Below, piece after piece: positions 26,095-34,679 of a DNA stretch of 64,000 nt; positions within the stretch are counted from its first letter, which is position 1; the number at the start of each line of letters is the position of its first letter. Origin of the DNA: a virus; the IMG/VR virus record IMGVR_UViG_3300017955_000001, positions 16,634 to 80,633 of that record. One strand, written 5' to 3'. A program made the position numbers and the translations under genes. A model generated the notes under the pieces. It was not told the DNA's origin and did not search any database. It saw only the letters and a list, made by a program, of their open reading frames with translations.

Positions 26095-27119
26095 CGGTGT
26101 TTACGAGACGGCCTCTCGTCGACCTCCGGCTGGTCCTGCTGCCAGCTCGCCGCGTAGCCGTCGATCGTCTTGAGGGCCCAGCCGACGTCCTTCTCCATCT
26201 CCCGGACGTCCGCGCGGCCGGTCCCCGGGTAGGTCTGGTGCCCGACGTTCTCGTAGGTGTCGGTGCCGGACAGCCCCTCGTCGGAGAAGAAGTTGAGCGC
26301 CGCGCTGCCGTCCTCGAACACCGACACGACGACGACGAGTTTCTGGCCGTGCTCGGGGCTGTGGACCGTGAACTGCGCCGACTCGTTCGGCTCGCTCCAG
26401 CGGAAGCCGCCCGGGACCGACAGGGGCGTGCCGCCGTGGAACTTGCCGGAGAGGTCTGCGGCGATGGAGGCGGGGTTCGCGCGCCCGCCGCGGCGGCCGG
26501 AGGACTCGTGCCTTCCGCCGCGCCTCGCCTCTGCCGCGACCGGGACCTGACGCTCCACGGTCTGGCGTCCCTTGGCGGTGAGGCGCCGCTCCGACTCGGG
26601 CGGCAGCCCGATGCCGCGGTCGATGGCGTCGAGGATCTCCCAGTCGGGCCACGCCCTGCCGCGGCCGAGGGACTCCATGACAGGGGGCCGGCCGGTGTCG
26701 AACTTCACGTATCCGCCAGCCTGCTCGGCCTGCCGCTTCGCCTTCTCGTAGTCCTTGGTGGGTCCGGAGAGCGGGCGCCCCCGGTTGTCGACGGGGACGT
26801 AGTCGCGGACCGTGTGCCCGCGACCAATCCCGCGGGACAGGTACGCGTCGATCGGCTCGGCGCCGCGAGGAAGCCCGACCACGTCCCTGCGATCTCCAGG
26901 TGCCTGCTGGTGCCAGTAACCACCCTTGGACCACACCTTCGACTCGGCGTACTTTCCCAGCCCGGCAGGGTAGTAGATGCGCACGTCGGTTCCTGATACG
27001 AGAACGTGCGTGGGGTGCTCTGTCTGGTACGCGTGCTCTACGAGCGCGTCGACGGTGTCGAAGTCGCGCACGACGGGGTAGGCGCGGTGGGGGGAGCGGA
27101 AACCGAGGCGGCGGGGCAT
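26091..27119 (-). CDS. Mosaic multidomain hypothetical protein
   Basis: AAGGAG SD; globular blocks separated by RRGGR linkers. Confidence 0.7.
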   Translation of the reverse strand: MPRRLGFRSPHRAYPVVRDFDTVDALVEHAYQTEHPTHVLVSGTDVRIYYPAGLGKYAESKVWSKGGYWHQQAPGDRRDVVGLPRGAEPIDAYLSRGIGRGHTVRDYVPVDNRGRPLSGPTKDYEKAKRQAEQAGGYVKFDTGRPPVMESLGRGRAWPDWEILDAIDRGIGLPPESERRLTAKGRQTVERQVPVAAEARRGGRHESSGRRGGRANPASIAADLSGKFHGGTPLSVPGGFRWSEPNESAQFTVHSPEHGQKLVVVVSVFEDGSAALNFFSDEGLSGTDTYENVGHQTYPGTGRADVREMEKDVGWALKTIDGYAASWQQDQPEVDERPSRKHR

Positions 27120-27131
27120 GAGTTTTTCTCC

Positions 27132-27695
27132 TTAGACCCACTCGTAGCCGAGCGTGGCCATGATGGACGATGCGAGGTCTCCTGCCGCCTCGTCCCCCTC
27201 GCTCCACTTGTCGGCGAGGAAGGTCAGGAAGTCGTAGATCGACCGCTCGTCGCCCTGGAAGCCGGCCTTGTGCGAGTAGCGCGACGTGAGCGGGCGGAGC
27301 CCGCCGAACTCGTCGGCGAGGTCGACCTCGTGGCTGTCGACCAACTCCATCGGGTAGGTCGTGCCCTCGGGCCAGTACGACCGGCCGTCGTCGTAGTCCG
27401 GGTCGGGGCGGCGGACGTCGACGAGGAACCGGTCGAACGGCGGCAGCGTCCCGTAGGTCATCGAGTAGCTGCGCCGCGACTCGCGAGCGCCGCCGCCGCG
27501 GCGAGGCGCGTGCCCCATCTGCCGCTGGTACAGCAGGTCGGGCGTCATGCTGTGATGGTTCAGGGCCTCCGCGAGGAAGTGGGCTACGGAGTCCGCTTCT
27601 ACGGGGCGCGCGCGACCCTCGCGGTTGACGCTGACGAACGGCTTCCCGTCGAAGAGGACTTCTCGACCCGCTGCCACGGTCCACCTCCCGCTCAT
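27132..27695 (-). CDS. Two-domain hypothetical protein
   Basis: TGATG coupling; C-terminal AGDLASSIMATLGYEWV. Confidence 0.7.
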   Translation of the reverse strand: MSGRWTVAAGREVLFDGKPFVSVNREGRARPVEADSVAHFLAEALNHHSMTPDLLYQRQMGHAPRRGGGARESRRSYSMTYGTLPPFDRFLVDVRRPDPDYDDGRSYWPEGTTYPMELVDSHEVDLADEFGGLRPLTSRYSHKAGFQGDERSIYDFLTFLADKWSEGDEAAGDLASSIMATLGYEWV

Positions 27696-28066
27696 CACCG
27701 CCTCCTCGCCGCCGGGTTGCGGCGGGCGGGTTGCGGTCTTGGGACGGGCGACCGGTGGTGCGGTCTCGGTGGCGTGCGATGACGCCGCTCCTCGACCTGA
27801 TCCTCCTCCTCGTCGCCGATGAGTCCCTGGATCAGGTCCTCGACGTCGCGCTTGTCCTGGACGGCGTTGAGCGTGTTGCCGAGCAGCTCGACCTCCTTCC
27901 AGCCGAGGTTGAACGGCTCGTAGCCCATGTCCTCGGCCTGCTCTCCGCCCGGCATGCTGGCGAGCATCCGCCATAGCACTGTCGGGAGTTCGTTCGGCCC
28001 GTGGCCGTAGTTGGGGAGCCACGAGCGCAGCTCCTCAATGAGGTCCTGGATCGGTTTGCGGGGCAT
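27695..28066 (-). CDS. Acidic protein with an Arg/His/Pro tail
   Basis: GAGGAG SD; tail VEERRHR...ARRNPAARRR. Confidence 0.7.
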   Translation of the reverse strand: MPRKPIQDLIEELRSWLPNYGHGPNELPTVLWRMLASMPGGEQAEDMGYEPFNLGWKEVELLGNTLNAVQDKRDVEDLIQGLIGDEEEDQVEERRHRTPPRPHHRSPVPRPQPARRNPAARRR

Positions 28067-28081
28067 CTTCTCGTCTCCTCC

Positions 28082-29203
28082 TCAGTCGCCGACCGCGTCG
28101 ACAAACTCCTCGTCGCCGCCGTGGTAACCGATGTACGCGATGGCGGCGGCGACGATCGCCTCCTCCTGGTCCTCGGGGTCCATCTTGGCGACGTCGAGCA
28201 GCGTCACGTCGCGACGATCCCGGCTGTACGTGCCGCGGTGCGGCCCCTTCGGGTCGAGCAGCTCGTCTAGGTCGACGCGGGCGTCCTGGCGGACGACCCT
28301 CTCCCCCTCTGGCTGCTCCTGCCCGTTGGCGGCCTCGATGTCCGTCCACTCGGTGATCTCGACGTCGGTCCCGCGCACGACGACGCGCAGGCCGCTCTCG
28401 GGCTCGTCCTCGTTCGGGCCGAAGCTCTCGTGGTCGATGTCGAGGTTGCCGAGTAGGACGTCACGGACGAAGGACTCGTCCTCGTCGGCGATGTACTCCG
28501 AGCCGGCGACCTTGCCGCCCCACCACTTCACCTTCTCTGGGATCTCGATGTCCCCCGACCAACCGGCCGGCCCCTCGTCGCCGCGACCCCACTGCAGCAG
28601 CGCCTCCGCGATGGCGACCGCGCGCTGGGTCGGCGTCATCGTCTCGAGCGTCTCCTGCTCGAGTCCCACCGACCGCAGCGCGTCGCGCACGTCGGGGCTG
28701 TCGAAGCTGAGGTCTTCCGCGTCGAAGTACGCCTGCTTGGTCCAGAACGGGAAGCCGACGTCCGCCGCCTCCCTGTCGCCGACGTGCTCTCTCACGGGCT
28801 GGATCTCGATCAGCTCGATGGCGCGCCCGTTCCCGGTGGCGATGATCCCGCCGTGCGCGCCCGGGTCCATGTCGCCGCCGATCTGCTCCCAGTCCATCGT
28901 GGGGACCTCGATCTCGAGTGGCTCGATGCCGGGCTCGATGCCGGGGAGGTGCTGCTGCCTGCGTCCTGAAGCCCTGACCGTGCGTTCGTGTCGTCCATGC
29001 GTCACGTACGCTACGATGGAATCGGCATCGATCCAGCTCTCGTGACCAGCCCACGCGGCAGGTTTGATCGCCACGCGTCCGTTCGGTTCATCTATGCGCG
29101 TGATGACGTAGGGGTCCGAGCCGCCGCGTATACGGACCTCCATACCTACTTTAGCTGGCACGCGCTCACCGCGGTGCTCGCCTCGCCACGTGAGGATGTC
29201 CAT
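28082..29203 (-). CDS. Acidic protein with an SH3-like N-terminus and an internally duplicated domain
   Basis: KVGMEVRIRG; repeated IE/VE...DL/EL...AIA/AIV...GDE blocks. Confidence 0.7.
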   Translation of the reverse strand: MDILTWRGEHRGERVPAKVGMEVRIRGGSDPYVITRIDEPNGRVAIKPAAWAGHESWIDADSIVAYVTHGRHERTVRASGRRQQHLPGIEPGIEPLEIEVPTMDWEQIGGDMDPGAHGGIIATGNGRAIELIEIQPVREHVGDREAADVGFPFWTKQAYFDAEDLSFDSPDVRDALRSVGLEQETLETMTPTQRAVAIAEALLQWGRGDEGPAGWSGDIEIPEKVKWWGGKVAGSEYIADEDESFVRDVLLGNLDIDHESFGPNEDEPESGLRVVVRGTDVEITEWTDIEAANGQEQPEGERVVRQDARVDLDELLDPKGPHRGTYSRDRRDVTLLDVAKMDPEDQEEAIVAAAIAYIGYHGGDEEFVDAVGD

Positions 29204-29337
29204 CAGTTGTGCCTCCAGTAGACGAGCCCACCGCGCGTCTCGTGCGACTGCCCGTCGTACGACGAGAGGAAGTGCGCCGCGCCGTCGGTGTCGATCGCGT
29301 CCTCGGCGGCGGCGTCGTTCACGAACCTGCGCACCAT
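29203..29337 (-). CDS. 44-aa protein resembling the DAI..DG..HFLSSYDG C-terminal motif of a common phage family
   Basis: MVRRFVNDAAAEDAIDTDGAAHFLSSYDGQSHETRGGLVYWRHN; TGATG coupling on both sides. Confidence 0.6.
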   Translation of the reverse strand: MVRRFVNDAAAEDAIDTDGAAHFLSSYDGQSHETRGGLVYWRHN

Positions 29338-29744
29338 CAGTCGGCCTCCTCTTCGTCCTCTTCGTCCTCGTACTCCTCGTCCTCCTCTTCGTCTTCACCC
29401 TCCGTGTCGACGAGGACGTTGGCCCAAGCCTCCTCGGCCTCCTTGAGGTTGTCGTACCACTCGACCTCGACGATGCCGTCCGAGCGCTCGAAGAGGATGA
29501 CGGCCTTGGTCTCGTCGAGCAGGTCCTCCTCCTCCTCGGTGAGGCGGTCACCCTCCTCCTCCGCGATCTCCCGGACGCGCTCGCGGGTCCCCGGTTCGAA
29601 CCACACTACGCCGTACCACCCGCTGCCCTCCTGCGGGTAGGTCGCCTCCTCGTCGGCTCCGCCGTCGAGGGTCATCTCGTACGCGTAGCTGTCGAGGACC
29701 GTGGCGAACTTGCCCGGCCCGTACGATCGGATTCCCTTCGCCAT
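29337..29744 (-). CDS. Highly acidic protein (possible DNA mimic)
   Basis: GGAGG SD; tail EGEDEEEDEEYEDEEDEEEAD. Confidence 0.7.
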   Translation of the reverse strand: MAKGIRSYGPGKFATVLDSYAYEMTLDGGADEEATYPQEGSGWYGVVWFEPGTRERVREIAEEEGDRLTEEEEDLLDETKAVILFERSDGIVEVEWYDNLKEAEEAWANVLVDTEGEDEEEDEEYEDEEDEEEAD

Positions 29745-29746
29745 GC

Positions 29747-30136
29747 TCAAGCCCTCCATTCCACCCAGCTCGGGTCCATCCTCGCCGGCACCTGCGCGCT
29801 CGGCACGCCTATCGACAGCAGGATCTGCCGCAGGTCGCGGTACTCCTCCTCGGCCACCTCGCGCAGGTACTCCTCGCCGGAGTCGCTCTCGGTGCCCCAG
29901 AGCCCGCCGCTGGTCAGCGTCTGCGCGACGCCCTCGACGACGACCTCCGCCTCCGCGCGCACGCCGACGAACGCGAAGTCGCCGCGCTCGTACGCCTCGC
30001 GGCGGTCGGCGTTCTCGGGGTCGTCCATCCAGGACGTGTCGGGGTCCTCGTCGGGGAGCACGAGCACCTTGATCGCGCGGACCGCCGGCGCCGCGCGCCG
30101 GGGCGCGACGTCGACGACCCGCCTGCGGGTCGCCAT
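29747..30136 (-). CDS. Conserved phage hypothetical protein with an Arg-rich N-terminus
   Basis: AGAGGAG SD; DPDTSWM...GVRAEA...SGGLWGTESD. Confidence 0.75.
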   Translation of the reverse strand: MATRRRVVDVAPRRAAPAVRAIKVLVLPDEDPDTSWMDDPENADRREAYERGDFAFVGVRAEAEVVVEGVAQTLTSGGLWGTESDSGEEYLREVAEEEYRDLRQILLSIGVPSAQVPARMDPSWVEWRA

Positions 30137-30195
30137 AGAATCTCCTCTTGTGGGTGACATTGTCGCCCTGCCCGCCGTTGGACGCAAGTAGTGGC

Positions 30196-30226
30196 TTGGC
30201 CATTCTACCGATCCGCACGTAGAATG
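30196..30226 (+). promoter_or_regulatory. Promoter with a dyad operator between divergent genes
   Basis: TTGGCC-18-TAGAAT 7 nt before ATG 30233; inverted repeat CATTCTAC-N10-GTAGAATG. Confidence 0.6.
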
Positions 30227-30232
30227 CCCTCC

Positions 30233-31126
30233 ATGGCTAGGTCCGGCGGTTTGGGCGTGGGTGCGGTGCTGGTGGGTGCGGCGGCGCTCGGCGTGGGCGC
30301 GCTCGTCGTGATGCACGCTCGGAGCGCGAGCGCGGCGCCGCAGCTGCCGCCGGAGCCGGCCCCGCTGCCGATGCCCGCGCCCGCGCCCGCGCCCGCGTCC
30401 ACGGCCCAGGCTCCCGGCGCCCAGCCGGTCCCGGCGCCGCTCGTGACGCCGGCCCCGTCGCTGCCGGCGGCGGTCACCCCGCCGACCGCGCCGCCCCCGG
30501 CGCCGCCGACGATCCCGGCGGTCCCGCTGCTGCCGCTGCCGAACCTGCCCACCGTGTCGACGACGCAGCTGCAGGCGGGCCACCGCTACTCGGTCGCGCA
30601 GCTCGCTCCGGTCGCGGGCGTCCCCGTCGCGACGGTGGCCGAGGCGCAGGCGCTCTTCGACGCGGTGCTGCCCGGTGCGGTGCGCGTCGCGTCCATCGGC
30701 GGGACGCCGACGACCGTCGTCTTCGACGTCCTGCAGGCGATCCCGATGACGCTCCCGTCGACGATGCCGATCACCGACGTGGGCGCGTCGCCGCTGCCCG
30801 CCTCGGGCGGGACGCCGGCCTTCACGACCGTCGTCACCGACCCGAACGTCGTCAGGCAGTACCAGACCGTGCTCGCCAACGCGCTCGCGAACATGGGCGC
30901 GGCGCAGGAGCTGGGGATCCCGTCTTCGGCCTACCTGCCGTCGATGGTGACCGGCAACGCGAGCGACCCGGCCTGGACGAGCGTGCTGTCGACGTACCAG
31001 AAGTACGTCAACCCGCTGCTGCCCGGCGCCGCCGCGGCCGGCGCTCTGGTGCCAGGGTTCCCCGCGCAGCTGCGCACCGACGGCGTGCTCGACTACGCGA
31101 CCGCGATGTCGATGATGAACATGTGA
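30233..31126 (+). CDS. N-terminally membrane-anchored Pro/Ala-rich protein with a PG-binding-like C-terminal motif
   Basis: GVGAVLVGAAALGVGALVV helix; QLRTDGVLDYAT. Confidence 0.7.
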   Translation: MARSGGLGVGAVLVGAAALGVGALVVMHARSASAAPQLPPEPAPLPMPAPAPAPASTAQAPGAQPVPAPLVTPAPSLPAAVTPPTAPPPAPPTIPAVPLLPLPNLPTVSTTQLQAGHRYSVAQLAPVAGVPVATVAEAQALFDAVLPGAVRVASIGGTPTTVVFDVLQAIPMTLPSTMPITDVGASPLPASGGTPAFTTVVTDPNVVRQYQTVLANALANMGAAQELGIPSSAYLPSMVTGNASDPAWTSVLSTYQKYVNPLLPGAAAAGALVPGFPAQLRTDGVLDYATAMSMMNM

Positions 31127-31197
31127 CGGGTAGCGGGAGATGTAAAACCGTCATGAGCGTGGAGCACGTCAAACATCGCACCGGAAAGGGTAAGGGT

Positions 31198-31470
31198 ATG
31201 TCCGTCGAGTTGAGGGAGACGATCACCTGCGACGGCTGCGGCAAGCAGCGCACCTTCGTGCTCGGTAAGGACAAGCGCCACGAGCACGAGCCGTGGTACA
31301 GCATCGACCCAGAAGTGGGTTTTCGAGTCATCGGGCAGACCGTCCGCTCGAAGGTCGGTCCAGAGATCAACGAGACCAACTACCGCATCGACGCCTGCAG
31401 CGCCGACTGCGCGGCCAAGGCGTTCGCGAAGCGGCTACCCCCACTCCCAGAGCGCCTCGACCCGTTGTGA
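31198..31470 (+). CDS. Zn-finger hypothetical protein (start uncertain)
   Basis: TCDGCG...DACSADC. Confidence 0.6.
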   Translation: MSVELRETITCDGCGKQRTFVLGKDKRHEHEPWYSIDPEVGFRVIGQTVRSKVGPEINETNYRIDACSADCAAKAFAKRLPPLPERLDPL

Positions 31471-31631
31471 TGGACGCGGACGCGTTCGACCGCATGCGCG
31501 CCGCGGAGCGCGCGAGGCAGGAGGTCACCGACCGCCTGCTCGAGGCGGAGCGGCCGAAGCGCGAAGCGCTCGACCGGATGTACGCCGCGGTGTGGCGCGG
31601 CCGGCGCGAGAAAGGAAGAGACGATGACTGA
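31470..31631 (+). CDS. Small helical protein
   Basis: TGATG coupling. Confidence 0.5.
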   Translation: MDADAFDRMRAAERARQEVTDRLLEAERPKREALDRMYAAVWRGRREKGRDDD

Positions 31632-32007
31632 GCCGAAAGAGTCAGAGATGAAGACACCGGCGCCGTTTCGCTTCGAGTCCGAACCTGAGCGCGCCCTGTG
31701 GCTGCGCATCTTCGAGCGGGACGGCCTGGTGGCCGCCGACGCCGCAGCGATGGCGTTTCGGGAGCGGTCGGCGACGCCCGTCGTCTACGAGTTCACGCTC
31801 AAGAACGAGAAGGACCGGTGGGCGGCGCGCCTGCGGGAGATCTACGTCGGCGTGGAGGCGACCGAGAAGGAGTACGCGCAAGTCACAGGTCAACCACTCG
31901 ACCCCCAGATGCGGGCCTTCTTCAATGGCCGTCGCGAAGGCATCGAGTCCTGCATCGCTGCGGTCGAGCGCGGGGACGGCCCTCGAAGGGTGCTCCGGTC
32001 GGCGTAA
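31624..32007 (+). CDS. Hypothetical protein
   Basis: AAGGAAG SD; 127-aa ORF. Confidence 0.6.
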   Translation: MTEPKESEMKTPAPFRFESEPERALWLRIFERDGLVAADAAAMAFRERSATPVVYEFTLKNEKDRWAARLREIYVGVEATEKEYAQVTGQPLDPQMRAFFNGRREGIESCIAAVERGDGPRRVLRSA

Positions 32008-32008
32008 T

Positions 32009-32866
32009 CTAACCCCCGAGCGACGGCGGTGACTTCGTCAGCGCCCAGATGAGCAGCCCCCCGAGCACGGTGACGACGCCGCCGGCGATTAGGAACGCGA
32101 TCCTCAGCCAGCGCGAGTTCGCCTCCGCCAGCTCCGCCTTCTGGTCGCCCAGGCGCTTCAGCTCCTGCGCGTGCGCCAGCTCCATCTGGCTGCGCTCCAT
32201 CTCGAGGCGCATGATCTTGTTGTCGGCGTCGACGCGCGCGCGCTCCTGCCCGAGCAGCTCCTTCACACGCTCGCTCGGGACCGGTTGCAGGACGGGGCTG
32301 CCCGGCCGCAGCTCGCGCGCGAGGTCGGCGAACCGCTCGTCAATTTTTTCACCCACCTCGGCGAGCCCCTCTTCGAGGTCGTGGCTGGACGCGATGCGGT
32401 CGCGCGCCTCGGCGTCGTCGCCCTGCGTGAGGCGCGCGACGGAGTGCTCGCCCGACGGCGAGAGGTTGATGTGGATGCCGACCGAGCCGAGCGCCGAGAC
32501 GAGCGCGTGCCGGAACACGCCGAAGTCCTTGGTGACGTCCCGCTTCAGGCTCGCGATGTCGTTCTGGATGCGCTGCTCGACCTCGCCGCGCAGGACGCCC
32601 ACCTGCGCCAGCATGCGCCGCTCGTGCTCGAGGATGTGCCGGATCACGCTCGCGTGGTAGCCGGCGGCCGCGTTGCTCGCGCCCCAGGCGACCTGCCAGG
32701 CGCGCTTCGCCGTCTCCATGGCGGTGCCGGGAGGTGGTTCGGGGATGGCGATGAGGCTCTCGTCGTCGTCGGTTTCGTGCATGGTCGGGGGGAGCAGGGT
32801 GGCGGGGAAGTCGTGCGGCAATGGGAACGAACAGGTGACGTTCATCGTGAGACCCCCCCACTTCAT
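32009..32866 (-). CDS. Coiled-coil protein with a C-terminal TM helix (start uncertain)
   Basis: WLRIAFLIAGGVVTVLGGLLIWALT. Confidence 0.65.
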   Translation of the reverse strand: MKWGGLTMNVTCSFPLPHDFPATLLPPTMHETDDDESLIAIPEPPPGTAMETAKRAWQVAWGASNAAAGYHASVIRHILEHERRMLAQVGVLRGEVEQRIQNDIASLKRDVTKDFGVFRHALVSALGSVGIHINLSPSGEHSVARLTQGDDAEARDRIASSHDLEEGLAEVGEKIDERFADLARELRPGSPVLQPVPSERVKELLGQERARVDADNKIMRLEMERSQMELAHAQELKRLGDQKAELAEANSRWLRIAFLIAGGVVTVLGGLLIWALTKSPPSLGG

Positions 32867-32909
32867 GGCTGGGCTACGGCGAACGCGCGAGCGTAGGTCG
32901 ACCCACCCC

Positions 32910-33380
32910 GTGACACCTCGACTGCGCCGCCTCTCGGCGCGCTGGCACTGCTCATCTTGTCGCTATCCAGGTTGCCCGAGTGCGCGGGCGAGTGCAACAC
33001 TTCTCGTCACCCTGGACCTCCGCTACCGATCCGTCGGGGCCGGCGACCTCGCGCTCGGCGAGTGCACGGTCAGATCGGCGCGCGACGGCGCGCGTGCGTG
33101 GTGGCAGCTGTGGGCCTGGGTCCGCCGCGACGACACCGGCGAACCTCTCTACGTGGCGGTCCCCGTCAACCCGGACGGTCCGTACGTGGAGGTCGGGCCG
33201 AGCGGCCGGCGCACGTGGGGACTGGCGAGGGTTGGGGCTGGCGTGTGGCAGGTGAACCCGTCGGTCGACGTCGTCGGCGCGAAGCGCCCGGACGGCACGC
33301 GCGAGCCGAGTCTCTGGCACCAGACGCCGCGCATCGTCGGCGTGCCCGACGGCGAGCGGTGGACCACCGGGCCGCCGTAG
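32910..33380 (+). CDS. Hypothetical protein, weak DUF6527-like C-terminus (start uncertain)
   Basis: TWGL..VWQVNPSVDV..H..RIVGVP. Confidence 0.5.
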   Translation: MTPRLRRLSARWHCSSCRYPGCPSARASATLLVTLDLRYRSVGAGDLALGECTVRSARDGARAWWQLWAWVRRDDTGEPLYVAVPVNPDGPYVEVGPSGRRTWGLARVGAGVWQVNPSVDVVGAKRPDGTREPSLWHQTPRIVGVPDGERWTTGPP

Positions 33381-33400
33381 CGCTAGCATCGGGGTAAGCC

Positions 33401-33718
33401 ATGTGGCCGAAGGGCGACACCGATCTCGGAGAGGGCGTGCTGGACCTCGGCCACGGGGTGACCGCCCACGCCACCGTCGACGCCGCGGGCGAGTGGGTGG
33501 GGCTCATCCGCCGCCACCCGCGCGAGGGCGGTGAGGGCAGCTGCGCTTCGGCCGTCGCGTTCGACACGCCGGCGTCGCGGAAAGCGCACGGCGAGGACGG
33601 GAAGGTCGCGTTCCACACGGTCGTCTCGTGGGAGCCGCTGACGCTGCTCGAGTCGTGCCTCTGCACGGCGTGCGGGCACCACGGCCACGTCCGCGAGGGC
33701 AGGTGGGTGCCTAGCTAG
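33401..33718 (+). CDS. DUF6527-like Zn-binding protein
   Basis: WEPLTLLESCLCTACGHHGHVREGRWV. Confidence 0.65.
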   Translation: MWPKGDTDLGEGVLDLGHGVTAHATVDAAGEWVGLIRRHPREGGEGSCASAVAFDTPASRKAHGEDGKVAFHTVVSWEPLTLLESCLCTACGHHGHVREGRWVPS

Positions 33719-33975
33719 CGCGACCGCGCGTCGCCCACGTCGACCAGGTACCGCCGGTCACCGACGACGACGGCCACTTCCAGTCGACCCCCGAGGGCCG
33801 CGACGTATCGTCCCAGCGTCGAGAGTTTAGAGTCGCCACGCCGCTCGAGGACCGACACGTCGCCCTGCCCCATCCCGGTGTGTCCGGCGACCTCTACCTG
33901 GGTCTTGCCCAGTGCCACGCGCAGCGCCCGCAGGTCGTAGCGCCTGCCCGTCTTGAGGCCCCGCTCAGTATTCAT
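33715..33975 (-). CDS. XRE-family HTH protein (putative antitoxin/regulator)
   Basis: LRALRVALGKTQVEVAGHTGMGQGDVSVLERR..KLSTLGRYVAALGGRLE. Confidence 0.9.
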   Translation of the reverse strand: MNTERGLKTGRRYDLRALRVALGKTQVEVAGHTGMGQGDVSVLERRGDSKLSTLGRYVAALGGRLEVAVVVGDRRYLVDVGDARSR

Positions 33976-34558
33976 CGTCGTCGGCGCGCTCGATCGGTTC
34001 CGACAGGATCTCCTCCCACGCTTCTTGGATGTTCGGCGGAGCGTCTCGCAGCTTCGCTTCGACGGCCGACGACGGGAGCCGGAACTTCGGGAACGCCAGG
34101 AGCATCCGGTGCAGGTCGAGCCGGTCGGAGATGCCCTTGTCCGTGTGTCGGCGAGCCACGAAGCTCGCGAGCTTGAGTACGACGAGGTCGGCCGGCGCGA
34201 CGACGCGGATCCCGTCCACGTCTCGGGCGCTCGGTAGGTCGTCGACTTGCCGGACGTCTACGAGGTGCCTGTTCGGTTCCGGTGGGCGACGCACCTGGTA
34301 GACCCTGAAGCCGTTGCCGCGGGCGACGGTACGCACGCGGACGGCGGCGTGGAACTGCTCGGCGAGGCGGGCGCGCAACTCGTCGGCGAAACTCTCCGCG
34401 TTCGTCGACATGAAGTCGACGTCTGCCGTAGCTCGGGGCGGCTCGACGTACAGGTTGACCGCGTGCGAGCCGAACAGCACCGCGTCCGGGCGCTCGCGCA
34501 GGAGGTCCACGGACAGGCGGTACACCTCCGCGAGCGTCGGCGAGTGCGCGGGCGACAT
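33965..34558 (-). CDS. AbiEii-like nucleotidyltransferase (putative toxin)
   Basis: LFGSHAVNLYVEPPRATADVDF; DLVVLKL..R..K..DRLDL; AAGGAAG SD. Confidence 0.8.
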   Translation of the reverse strand: MSPAHSPTLAEVYRLSVDLLRERPDAVLFGSHAVNLYVEPPRATADVDFMSTNAESFADELRARLAEQFHAAVRVRTVARGNGFRVYQVRRPPEPNRHLVDVRQVDDLPSARDVDGIRVVAPADLVVLKLASFVARRHTDKGISDRLDLHRMLLAFPKFRLPSSAVEAKLRDAPPNIQEAWEEILSEPIERADDDEY

Positions 34559-34594
34559 GGCTTCCTTGACGGTGGTGGGGAACTCCACGGAGGG

Positions 34595-34628
34595 AGTATA
34601 GGTTGTAGACAATATCGTGTCCAGTCTA
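34595..34628 (-). promoter_or_regulatory. Strong sigma70 promoter of the NTase-XRE operon with dyad elements
   Basis: TGGACA-17-TATACT on the minus strand; GACA-N6-TGTC and TAGAC/GTCTA inverted repeats. Confidence 0.75.
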
Positions 34629-34679
34629 TCCTGGACCGCTGCTTGTTCGCCGGACCGCTTCGGCGCTACCATCCTGACC

